Shown here one piece after another: positions 24,200 to 34,697 of a stretch of DNA of 39,480 nt. Within the stretch, counting starts at the first letter, position 1. Each line of letters begins with the position of its first letter. A model generated the notes under the pieces. That model ran no database searches, was not told the DNA's origin, and worked only from the letters and a program-made list of their open reading frames with translations. The position numbers and the translations under genes are program-made. Source of the stretch: Octopus bimaculoides (taxonomy: Eukaryota); the NCBI RefSeq assembly GCF_001194135.2, contig NC_068990.1, positions 57,804,460-57,843,939 of the forward strand, given 5' to 3'.

Positions 24200-24280
24200 T
24201 TCTCAGTCAGTCAGTCAGTCAGTCACTCACTCACTCATTCACTCACTTACTCACTCACTCACTCACGCACTCACTCATTC
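24200..24280. repeat. (TCAG)n/(TCAC)n microsatellite
   Basis: Direct reading. Confidence 0.9.
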
Positions 24281-24374
24281 TTTCTTTTTCTTACGGTGCG
24301 TCAACTTTTTAGGAACACCCTCCTTCAAGAGCTCTAATTTTTTTCTAATTTTTTACTTACTTTACAGATAAATA

Positions 24375-24726
24375 ATGTCCTACATCCAGCTTACTCCACA
24401 AATTAAAAGGCACGCTGGAATCGTTGCCTTAAAAGCTCAGCGTAGTGAAACAGATAGCTCGCTTACCGAAAGTTGCTCGATCCTTCGTTGTCAAAGTTCG
24501 AAAGTAGCTGGAAGCCACTGACAGGCATCCAGAATCAGCATTTAAATGCAAAACCCATGCACAGGGTCATAATTCAAACAGAACTCAGAACTTCGTACAA
24601 CAAGTCTAAGAAATAATGGATAAAAATCCCGGAAAGTCAATCAAAGCTATTGCAAAAGACCCCAAGGTTTCAGAATTCACCATCAGAAAATTTGTACATG
24701 AGAACATTCAGTATATGTCGTATGTG
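24375..24726 (+). mobile_element. Tc1/mariner transposase N-terminal (paired-like HTH) pseudogene fragment
   Basis: MSYIQLTPQIKRHAGIVALKAQ / frameshift / KVARSFVVKVRK*...RTQNFVQQV*EIMDKNPGKSIKAIAKDPKVSEFTIRKFVHENIQYMSYV. The two-HTH layout and P.KS...IA..L.VS..TI motif are typical of the family. Confidence 0.7.
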
Positions 24727-24845
24727 TGTGCGCGCCCGTGTGTATGTGTGATAATAAGTTAAAAAGTAATTAATGCACAGACAAACGGGAAATAGGCATA
24801 GAAGGTCGCTAAATCCTCGTTAGTCATTGGCCAGAGGGTCAAATG

Positions 24846-24889
<44 letters not shown>

Positions 24890-24937
24890 TCATATATACA
24901 TACACATATATAAAGGCCACATCAGCTTATATATAAA

Positions 24938-24973
<36 letters not shown>

Positions 24974-26101
24974 TGTATGAGTGAGTCAGGTGGAAAATAA
25001 ACAAATTTGGAAACGGTTCATATATTAAAAGAACTGGTGCAAACGATGGTTGTAAGATTGAATAAAACGAATATTTCTTGCTAAATATGAGTGCATTTTC
25101 TTTAGAGTAAACGCACACATACACACAAGCACACACGCACAGGTATACGGAGGTGCACACACGCAGACATGCGCGCGCGTACACACACACACACACACAT
25201 AACACACACACAAATGCGCACACATCGAGTAGTTTTCTCTTCTTCCCGCCCTGTCTATTTCTTTTTTGTGTATTTTGGTTTCTCCTCGCTCTGTCACTTT
25301 CTTCGTGTCTGAATGTGTACAGAGAGAGAGANNNNNNNNNNNNNNNNNNNNNNNNNNNNNNNNNNNNNNNNNNNNNNNNNNNNNNNNNNNNNNNNNNNNN
25401 NNNNNNNNNNNNNNNNNNNNNNNNNNNNNNNNNNNNNNNNNNNNNNNNNNNNNNNNNNNNNNNNNNNNNNNNNNNNNNNNNNNNNNNNNNNNNNNNNNNN
25501 NNNNNNNNNNNNNNNNNNNNNNNNNNNNNNNNNNNNNNNNNNNNNNNNNNNNNNNNNNNNNNNNNNNNNNNNNNNNNNNNNNNNNNNNNNNNNNNNNNNN
25601 NNNNNNNNNNNNNNNNNNNNNNNNNNNNNNNNNNNNNNNNNNNNNNNNNNNNNNNNNNNNNNNNNNNNNNNNNNNNNNNNNNNNNNNNNNNNNNNNNNNN
25701 NNNNNNNNNNNNNNNNNNNNNNNNNNNNNNNNNNNNNNNNNNNNNNNNNNNNNNNNNNNNNNNNNNNNNNNNNNNNNNNNNNNNNNNNNNNNNNNNNNNN
25801 NNNNNNNNNNNNNNNNNNNNNNNNNNNNNNNNNNNNNNNNNNNNNNNNNNNNNNNNNNNNNNNNNNNNNNNNNNNNNNNNNNNNNNNNNNNNNNNNNNNN
25901 NNNNNNNNNNNNNNNNNNNNNNNNNNNNNNNNNNNNNNNNNNNNNNNNNNNNNNNNNNNNNNNNNNNNNNNNNNNNNNNNNNNNNNNNNNNNNNNNNNNN
26001 NNNNNNNNNNNNNNNNNNNNNNNNNNNNNNNNNNNNNNNNNNNNNNNNNNNNNNNNNNNNNNNNNNNNNNNNNNNNNNNNNNNNNNNNNTCTATCTATCT
26101 A

Positions 26102-26156
<55 letters not shown>

Positions 26157-26171
26157 GTCTATCTATCTATC

Positions 26172-26234
<63 letters not shown>

Positions 26235-26866
26235 ATTTTGTCTCAATATTTTATCATTGGTCTCTATTCATTCTGAAAGCTATCTAAAAAGAATAAGAAA
26301 AATAACACAGCACCTATCAATTCTGAATTAATAAATTATGTGACTGGTGTAAGAGCGTGTGCCATGCTCATTCCTACTGGCAGGTAGACAGAAAAACAGG
26401 TAGTGTATTTCGACACTGCATAGAACACTTACAATGATGTTAATAAACAAGCATGTTGCCTCTATAACTTATGCAATTCCGATGATAATGTGACAACTGG
26501 TTGCATCGTTAGAAAAATTGGTGCTATTCTTCGAAATAGTATGTAAAATATGTTCCGTCCTTAAATAACTACGCACTTTTTTTTACATTAGCGCACGCGC
26601 GGACACACACAATCACACACATATGCAATAGACTCGCACAAACATCAAAACACTTATGTACATGCAAGTACTCTGATACAAACGGACTCAGCTAACTTTT
26701 TAATTATTACTGAATATATTAATAGTAAGAATTCAAAAACGCCTACAAATGAATTTTGTTGAATGTGGTAGGAATCAAAAGTGTGAAAAAATTGTGGTGC
26801 AATATTTTCATGTTATCTTTCTTTTTATCATTTATTTATTTTCTGTTTAATATGATATTTATTCTA

Positions 26867-27291
26867 AGGCGGCGAGCTGGCAGAAACGTTAGCACGCCGG
26901 GCGAAATGCTTAGCGATATTTCGTCTGCCGTTACGTTCTGAGTTCAAATTCCGCCGAGGTCGACTTTGCCTTTCGGGGTCGATAAATTAAGTACCAGTTA
27001 CGCATTGGGGTCGATGTTGTCGACTTAATCCCTTTGTCTGTCCTTGTTTGTCCCATCTATGTTTAGCCCCTTGTGGGCAATAAAGAAATAAGAAATGTCA
27101 GCACACCGAGTGAAATGCTTAACGGTATTTCGTCTGTCTTAACGTTCTGAGTTCAAATTCCACAGAGGTGGACTTTGCCTTTCATCCAATCTGGGTCGAT
27201 AAATTAAGTACCAGTTGCGTACTGGTATCGATCTAATCGACTTGTCCCCGCCCCCAAAATTTCAGGCCTTGTGCCTAGAGTAGAAAAGAAT
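26867..27291 (+). mobile_element. Dimeric/nested SINE family A (monomer 1 26867-27090 with a distinct tail; monomer 2 27091-27291, 5'-truncated)
   Basis: Two tandem copies of the ttagcac...gttctgagttcaaattcc...gataaattaagtaccagtt body with different 3' ends. Confidence 0.85.
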
Positions 27292-27300
27292 ATATTTATT

Positions 27301-27494
27301 CTTTTACTATTTTAATTGTTTCATTCATTTGACTACGGCCGTGCTGGAGCACCGCTTTACAAAGATTATTTAGTCTAATAAATCGACCCCAGGACCAATT
27401 CTTTGTAAGCCTAGTATTTATTCTATCGGTCTCTTTTGCCGAACCGCTGGTCACGTGTCGTAAACACACCAACATCGCTTGTCAAGCAATGCTG
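27301..27494 (-). mobile_element. SINE family B, 3' half
   Basis: Reverse complement of the 5070-5260 sequence (ttctttgtaagcctagta...aacatcg(c)ttgtcaagc). Confidence 0.8.
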
Positions 27495-27939
27495 AGAGCC
27501 GTCGAATATTAATATTCCATCAAGTATATACTGAGTTTGCAACATGACTGTGATTCTCAGTCGAAACCATTTCCCGTATTTTCATATTCCTTTGGGAAGA
27601 ATATGGTCATAGTAAGTTTCAGTTTTCTACATTTTACTTTTCCTACTTATAATATTGATTCATTTGAATCAGGAAAAACGAATTTTGTTTTTTTTTATCA
27701 AAACATTAACAGCAACAAAGGTATAATTGATAGAACTATTATTACGCAAACAAATTTTATCACCAAGGATCAATGGAGGAGTATGTACCAATTTTATTAG
27801 CAAGAAGTGATGAAAGACTATGTTAACCTTATTGGAATTTTAATTCTGTAAGAACGTAATTAAATATTCTAAATCATAAATCTGCCCTTCTATAGTTTCT
27901 ACAAGCACACCGATTTTACATATCGAAGCATTCCTTTCT

Positions 27940-28100
27940 CTCACAAGGTACAGGGCGAACATTTTGTAAAGGATTGGTTACAGTCGATTTAATTGGTTCC
28001 AGCATCTTACTGGTGATTATATTATCGATATTGGAAGGATAAAAGGTAATGCAGCCCCCGACTGGATTTTATTTCACAAACGAGAGATACCAAGCTAGAT
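27940..28100 (-). mobile_element. Old degenerate SINE family A
   Basis: Patchy similarity to 1251-1460 (caaggtacag, agtcgattta, actggtg, atcgat...gaaggataaaagg). Confidence 0.35.
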
Positions 28101-28985
28101 AACATTAAACTTCCACTTGATCTCTCTACCGTTTGTGGTAATTCCATCACCCTTAAAAACCAGGCTTATTAATCAATCATTTAATCAAAATTTCTCTTTC
28201 TGTTTATATTTACGGATCACTCTACCTATCAAAGTCAATCTACCAATATATCGATCTAACTATTTGTCAGATTAGCAATATTTCACTGTCGTTCCAAATG
28301 AGTCGGGTCTGTGAAACGGTTTTGATTCCTGATTGATGCCAATTCATGTTCACTCCCATAAAAATACTATGCCTTTATGAGAAGTCAAAAGAAACCGTTA
28401 TCAGTTCAGACTCAAATCCCGTACAACAAGCTTTGACTCCTTATCGAGTTGGGTCTGTTAACTAAGCAAGAGGGCTGGGCATGTGTGTTGGATTTCACTT
28501 AATACTTTGTTAAAAGCAAGTATGTCACAGTCTCGTTCTTCTAAGCTGTAAATTAGAATAATTAGCCATAAAGCTTAATAGCAGGGAAAAAAAATCTAAT
28601 AAAAAAATAAATAATATCTAAATAGTAAAACGAAGATAACATTAACTTGGAATAAACTAGCTCAATGATTAATATAATTTAATTATTCAATCAGATTTTG
28701 GGAAGCAAGGATGGAAACTCTTGATGTGTTTCGGAGTTATTAAAACGCTTCAGTAAAGAACATACTTCTCTGTACTTGACACATTTGTTACAAGTGAACC
28801 AGTTTTGAGTAACAGTAATTTACATGAATAGTCTTTAAAAATTATCGTAATTACTGATGAAAATCATCAAGGGACGCTATCTGCAAAAAAAGAGATAAAA
28901 TCAAATTAGTGCCATCCTATTTCATGTACAAACGAAAAATATCTTATTAACAGATAATAAAAAAATAAAGCGTGGTAAAGACCTA

Positions 28986-29282
28986 CTTCGGTAATGAATG
29001 ACCATAGGGTTGCACCTAGAAAGTTGCCCTCCGAGGTACAAATACGGGCAAAGTAGTTTATGGAAGACCAGCAGTCGTCCTTGCATACCAGCCTCTCCTC
29101 TCTACGCCACCGATGTTATCCAAAGGAAAGGCAGAAGCCAATACAGCTTGGCACATGTGACACCGCAGCTTATTTCAACAGCTGAGTGAACTAGAGCAAA
29201 GTGAAATAAAACGTATTGCTCAAGAATACAACACACAGCCCGGTCCGGGAATGGAACTTACTACCTCATGATTGTGAGCCCG
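28986..29282 (-). mobile_element. SINE family C (tRNA-like head remnant, CORE-like body)
   Basis: The body gagcaaagtgaaataaaacgtattgctcaagaatacaa is shared with 34393-34697 and, inverted, with 33915-34150. Confidence 0.7.
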
Positions 29283-29402
29283 ATTAAGACAACAAAACAT
29301 TACCATAGTGGTTTATATTATTAGCCTTTTGTAAGTATGGGTGACAAGTCTGGGCATATTTGATTCAGTTTCACTAAACCTCCTCTCTATACCTACCATA
29401 CT

Positions 29403-29788
29403 TGTTGTTGGCACTCCGTCGCTTACGACGTCGAGGGTTCCAGTTGATCCGATCAACGGAACAGCCTGCTCGTGAAATCAACGTGCAAGTGGCTGAGCAC
29501 TCCACAGACACGTGTACCCTTAACGTAGTTCTCTGTGACATTCAGCGTGACACAGTGTGACAAGGCTGACTCTTTGAATTACAGGCACAACAGAAACAGG
29601 AAGTAAGAGTGAGAGAAAGTTGTGGTGAAAGAATACAGCATGGTTCGCCACCATCCCCTGCTGGAGACTCGTGGAGCTTTTAGGTGTCTTCGCTTAATAA
29701 ACACTCACAACGCCCGGTCTGAGAATCGAAACCACGATCCTATGACCGCGAGTCCGCTGCCCTAACCACTGGGCCATCGCGCCTTCAC
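29403..29788 (-). mobile_element. SINE family D, full length, tRNA-derived head and (CAA)-type tail
   Basis: Reverse-complement head gtgaaggcgcgatggcccagtggttagggcagcggactc...ggtttcgattc has A and B boxes. The 3' end is ...gacggagtgccaacaac. Confidence 0.85.
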
Positions 29789-30471
29789 TACTACCATACT
29801 AATAATAATAAAACAACAACAATTTTATAACAAATTCTAAGTAAGAAATCTACTCGCGAATATTTAGAATGATGTTGTGGACACCGTGATACATGAGTTA
29901 ACCAATGCTAGACCCTGAGGTAGTTTCAATCCTCATTTCAAGTTAATTTGCTAGTATTACAGTTGTAATGCTTTTACTTTGCTTTTTTGAAACGTGACAG
30001 TTATACTGTCCGATTTGATCACGATGAAATTACACAAGATTTGAGCCTAGTAGAAAAAAAGTATTCAGTTGAAATTATGACCACTTCTACACAAAACGAT
30101 ACCGTATAACTGATCGTTCGTTGAATACCAATGCTCTTTGGAGACATGAAAGATACACTTTATTATTCTAATACCATAAATAATACACTCTTTCTGTTTA
30201 GCTAAAGGAAAGAAATATTTATGTACAGTTCTACCTCATCAGTTCACGATATATCTAACTAATACCTTACTATATCTCTATTATGCTATCAGTCTAATGC
30301 TATATGTCTCTATACGTTTTGATTGGTAGAATATATTAATAGATATTTTAAGTTCTCGACATATTTGTATATCAATCCAGAAATATGGTCAAATACAATG
30401 AATAAATGATTTACTAAAATTGAAATTAATCTTCAGATATCAATATCTAATTAATAATTGATTTCTATTAA

Positions 30472-30683
30472 CTAGGTACAAGGCTGGTTTTTGTGGGATA
30501 GAGTGGGACGGTGATTGTAATTGAGTTAATGAAACCAAATGAAATGATTTGCTGACACTTATTTTATCAATCTCAAACAGAAGGTGTCACAGGCGACACT
30601 TAAACTCGAGCCACAAAGAGATGAAATTAAATGGTGTAAGGCATTTAGTCCGGCGCTCTATTGTTTCTACCAATTCATTGCCC
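30472..30683 (-). mobile_element. Old degenerate SINE family A
   Basis: ctaggtacaaggc...acttattttatcaatctc...aaactcgagc...aaggcatttagtccggcgctct. Confidence 0.45.
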
Positions 30684-30769
30684 TCGTTATTTAATGTATT
30701 ATTAATAAACTTTCAATAATAATTGTCACTGTTCTGTGAGCAATTAGATGATTTTAATTAATTCTAATT

Positions 30770-30985
30770 AACATCATCATCACCATCATCATCATCGTCG
30801 TCATCATCGTCGTCGTCGTCGTCGTCATCATCATCATCATCATAACTGCTACAAACATCATCACTACCATCATTATCACCATCAACAAAATCACGACCAC
30901 AACCCCTGCCACCACCACCACCACCACACTGAGACTACCACCACCATCGCACCACCACCACCGCAGTCATCATCGTCATCGTCGT
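30770..30985. repeat. Compound (CAT)n/(CGT)n/(CAC)n low-complexity tract
   Basis: Direct reading. Confidence 0.9.
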
Positions 30986-31001
30986 CGCATGTGTCAGCAC
31001 T

Positions 31002-31080
31002 TTGACATCAGACGAATGCTCTGTCCAGGCATTTAATGTTCCAAGTTCCTTAGAGTTCCGACTTCACTTCCACCTTTCAC
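31002..31080 (+). mobile_element. Very degenerate SINE family A head fragment
   Basis: gtcagcac...cagacgaatgct...atgttccaagttcc...gacttcacttccacctttca. Confidence 0.3.
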
Positions 31081-31317
31081 TTTTATATATCAACTGACAA
31101 AATTGTATTGGGACAAATAATATAAATACATACACGCATACACACATACACGCATACATAGATACATACATACATATGTAGCTATATATTCCTATATGCA
31201 TGCATATATGCTTATATATTTAAATCTGTCTATCTTACTTTCTGTCTTTCTAGCACTTTCTCACACATACACACTCACGCACGCACATGATACGAACACA
31301 CACATGCATACACATAC

Positions 31318-31417
<100 letters not shown>

Positions 31418-31682
31418 TTATATAATGGATTCTCTCGTCGTGAACGACAAATGGAGGTTCAGTAAAATAAAGCAGCTATCATGTTCTATGGGCAAGAATG
31501 TGTCTCTTGAGGACTGCTGGTGCCTTGCAAACCTTTCGGCAAAGGGAACAAGTTGAGGGTTCAGTTTGCTCCAGTGCTTAATTGATGTGAACAGCAAGGC
31601 CTACTTTGCTTCGTGCCACACAGCCACAGTAAGAATTAAGGTTTCCATTTAGAGGAGCAACGTTTTGCCAGCGTGCCTTCAT
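31418..31682 (-). mobile_element. Probable RTE-clade LINE 3' end with C-terminal zinc fingers
   Basis: One frame reads MKARWQNVAPLNGNLNSYCGCVARSKVGLAVHIN*ALEQTEPSTCSLCRKVCKAPAVLKRHILAHRT*, containing an exact C-x2-C-x12-H-x3-H. A short UTR and a TG repeat follow. Confidence 0.55.
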
Positions 31683-32531
31683 GCTTGCATGTATGCATGC
31701 ATGTGTGTGTGTGTGTGTGTGTGCATATGTGTGTGTGTGTGTGACAAAAGCCTTTCCTTGTCGTAAATCGTAGACTGTAAGAATGAATATTGCTCTAACC
31801 TTGATGAAAATAAGATAAATGTTCACTTCTTTTGATTTACTGTCACATTTGTCGAAACTGAATAACGAAGCGAATGACAAGTTTGATACGCAGAAACAGG
31901 ACACAGGTATGCTCACAAATGTTTGATATACATTTTCCAAGATGTTTAAGTTTAATACATTGTTAATGAATTAAGGCATGAAGCACAAGATTTGATTGGT
32001 TGGAATGTATTTCGTTCGAAACACTTGTGTCTGATTTATATATTAATAACCTTGCGCCAAATTTCTATCATAGAAACATGTATAGTGATGTTCTTAACTT
32101 CATGGACAATTTTGTCAGCCCAAAATATTTTCCCTGGTTTCATTTCTTATCTTGGTTCATTTAAAATGGCGAACAATAAAAAGCCACATGGTGGTTACGA
32201 GATAATATTGTGCAATTACTCTCGTCTCGAGTGTCCAAGAAGACTGACTAACCAGATCACGATTTCACTATGCAGAAACTGCCTCAATTTTAAATGCCTT
32301 AAATATCCTACATATAAAGGTGAGAAATAGTATCAGGAATGCACTATACGCACACAGGCACACATATGGCTGCACACGAACGTACACGCACACACATACA
32401 CACACAGATACACAAACGCCTGCGTACATATCTCACGCATGCATACATATATACATATACTTATTTACTAACAGATGAACTCAAAACATTTAATACCAAC
32501 AAGATATTTTGTGTTCCTCTATTATTAACAT

Positions 32532-32853
32532 GGCACGGGTGTGTGGTGGGAAGTTTTTTCCAAACTACATGGTTCCAAGTTCAGTCCCACTACATGGTAC
32601 CTTGGGCGAGTGTCTTCTGTTATAGCTTCGAGTCGTCAAAAACCTTGTGAGTGGATTTGGTTGGTGAGAACTCAAAGAAGGTCGTCGTATATACGTGCGC
32701 GCGCTCGCGTGTCTTTGCGTTTGTCTTCCACCACCGCTTGACAACCGGTGTTGATGTACATTTCCGTAACTTAACAGTTGAACAGAAGAGACAGATGGAA
32801 CGAGTATCAGTTTTTCAAATACGTATGTCCTGGTGTCAATTTGTTCGACTAAA
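32532..32853 (+). mobile_element. SINE family B, head plus most of body
   Basis: ggttccaagttcagtcccact...ccttgggcgagtgtcttct...ccaccgcttgacaaccggtgttg...ttgttcgactaaa. Confidence 0.8.
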
Positions 32854-32912
32854 ATCTGTAAATATATGTTTTAAGTTCCTGAAAATAAATTTTTGTTCTC
32901 TATATATGTATA

Positions 32913-32951
<39 letters not shown>

Positions 32952-32963
32952 GTGTTCGTATAT

Positions 32964-33123
32964 ATAAACATAAACTGATTTCAAATTTTGGCACAAGGCC
33001 AGCAATTTACTCTGTTACTAATTTTATGGGCCACCGGCGAGATTTGGGCGCAGCACTTTAAGACGGACGAAGTGCTTCTAAGTATTTTGCCTGTGGTGCT
33101 AATGGTTCTGGCTACTCGCCAAA
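32964..33123 (-). mobile_element. SINE family A, internally deleted
   Basis: tttcaaattttggcacaaggccagcaattt...aagacggacgaa...ctaag(t)attttgcc...gtgctaatggttctg. Confidence 0.65.
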
Positions 33124-33199
33124 AACGAAGTGTATATATATATATATATAAATGATTCTGCCCGCTTGCTACCTTATATATATATATATATATAGATAT

Positions 33200-33394
33200 A
33201 AAATAATCAACAGGATATCAAGTAGTGATGCAGTACGACCGTTTGAAGCGGCTCCATTTAATTGAACAATCCAAACATCTTCCGCTGAAGATGGCGGTGC
33301 ATTTAAATTGATGTAATGTTTGGATTGTTCAATTAAATGGAACCGCTTGAAACAGTCGTACTGCATCACTTCTTGATATCCTGTTGCTTATTTT
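33200..33394. mobile_element. Palindromic foldback element: 79 bp arms, 5 mismatches, 37 nt spacer
   Basis: 33200-33278 compared with the reverse complement of 33316-33394, aligned by eye. Confidence 0.85.
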
Positions 33395-33489
33395 GATTTT
33401 ATATTTTATTTACCTTACATCGAGGTGTGCGGATAATACCGGACTGATTTGATGCTTGAACTTAAGTGCCTAATGCAACTGAATTTCAA

Positions 33490-33526
<37 letters not shown>

Positions 33527-33527
<1 letters not shown>

Positions 33528-33741
33528 GAGGAGACACTGAAACGTTACTGGCTTTAAAGGTATCACGAAAGGCGGGCCCAACCTTCCGAGTTCTTTTACA
33601 GAGCTAAGAAAAAGAAAAACTGAAGGGCCGCTGCAATAAGTGTGTGAATCTGAGATGGGAATATGTTGAATAAAATCATAATTAACTGATCATCCCGTAT
33701 TTTCTATTACCCAAAGCCAGGAACGTTTCTACACCTCCTCG
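33527..33741 (+). mobile_element. Non-autonomous mariner derivative (MITE) with ~30 bp imperfect TIRs
   Basis: cgaggag-acact-gaaacgttactggcttt versus inverted aaagccaggaacgtttc-tacac-ctcctcg. It sits at the end of a (TA)n tract, and the internal EGRCNKCVNLRWEYVE* resembles the mariner C-terminus. Confidence 0.75.
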
Positions 33742-33914
33742 TTTATTATCATACAAACACTCATGCAAACATCTCCCTCTTCCAAATTAAACTCATAAAG
33801 TGAGTTGTGAAGCGGACGTAAGTTGTGAGGTAGTGGTTATGAAGCGAACTTCTTAAATAGCTGTCCACATTGCCCCAGCTATGTGTATATATGTATAGAT
33901 GCAATCTTGAACTC

Positions 33915-34150
33915 ATATGCATGGCTGAGTGGTTATGGTGTTGACCTCATGGTCGTAAGATTGTGGTTTCGATTCCAAGACCGGTGGAAAGCGTTATGTT
34001 CTTTAGCAAAATACCTCGGTTCACGTTGCTCCAATCCACTTAACTAGCAAAATTAGTGATCCTGACACGGACAGGCGTACCGTTCATGTGGAATATAGAC
34101 GCAACCAAATCTGGGAAACCGGCATTATGAGCCTACAACTCAAGATGGAC
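33915..34150 (+). mobile_element. SINE family E (tRNA head, CORE-like body, distinct tail)
   Basis: gcatggctgagtggtta...ggtttcgattcc...agcaaaatacctcggttcacgttgctccaatcc. Confidence 0.65.
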
Positions 34151-34178
34151 CATCATTCATTTTGGTATAAATATATAT

Positions 34179-34232
<54 letters not shown>

Positions 34233-34271
34233 TTTTACAAACACACATACACACTCAATAGTAATTATAAT

Positions 34272-34392
34272 CCTTTCTACTATAGGCACAAGACCTGAAA
34301 TTTTGTGGGAGGGGGCCAGTCGATTAGATCGACCTCGGTTGAATTCGAACAATCTGAACTTAGCGACGGACGAATTATCGCTTAGCATTTCG
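34272..34392 (-). mobile_element. SINE family A, deleted fragment
   Basis: ttctactataggcacaagacctgaaattttg...agtcgattagatcgacc...gacggacgaa...gcttagcatttcg. Confidence 0.7.
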
Positions 34393-34697
34393 CACTCCAT
34401 GGACTACCACGATGAGTTTTCCAGTTGATTCAACCAACGGGACAGCCTACTTGTAAAATTAACGTGTAAGTGGCTGAGAACTCCGCAGACTCGCGTACCG
34501 TTGACGAAGAATTCAGGATAATTCAGCATGACACAGAATGTGATAAGGTTCGCCCTTTTAACCAGGTACTGCTCATTTTTGCTGAATGGACTGGAGCAAC
34601 GTGAAATAAAATGTTTGCTCAAGGACACAATGCGCCGGCGAGAATCGAACTCACGACCTTACAACCTTACCTTAACCACTAAGCCACGTACCTTCAC
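34393..34697 (-). mobile_element. SINE with family-D tail and family-C/E body
   Basis: The tail module is homologous to 29403-29570 and the body is homologous to 29180-29250. Confidence 0.7.

Noticed and set aside
29700-29788. tRNA-like sequences at SINE heads (also 26867 and 33915)
   Set aside because: They have A/B boxes but continue into SINE bodies and lack a complete cloverleaf, so they are not tRNA genes.
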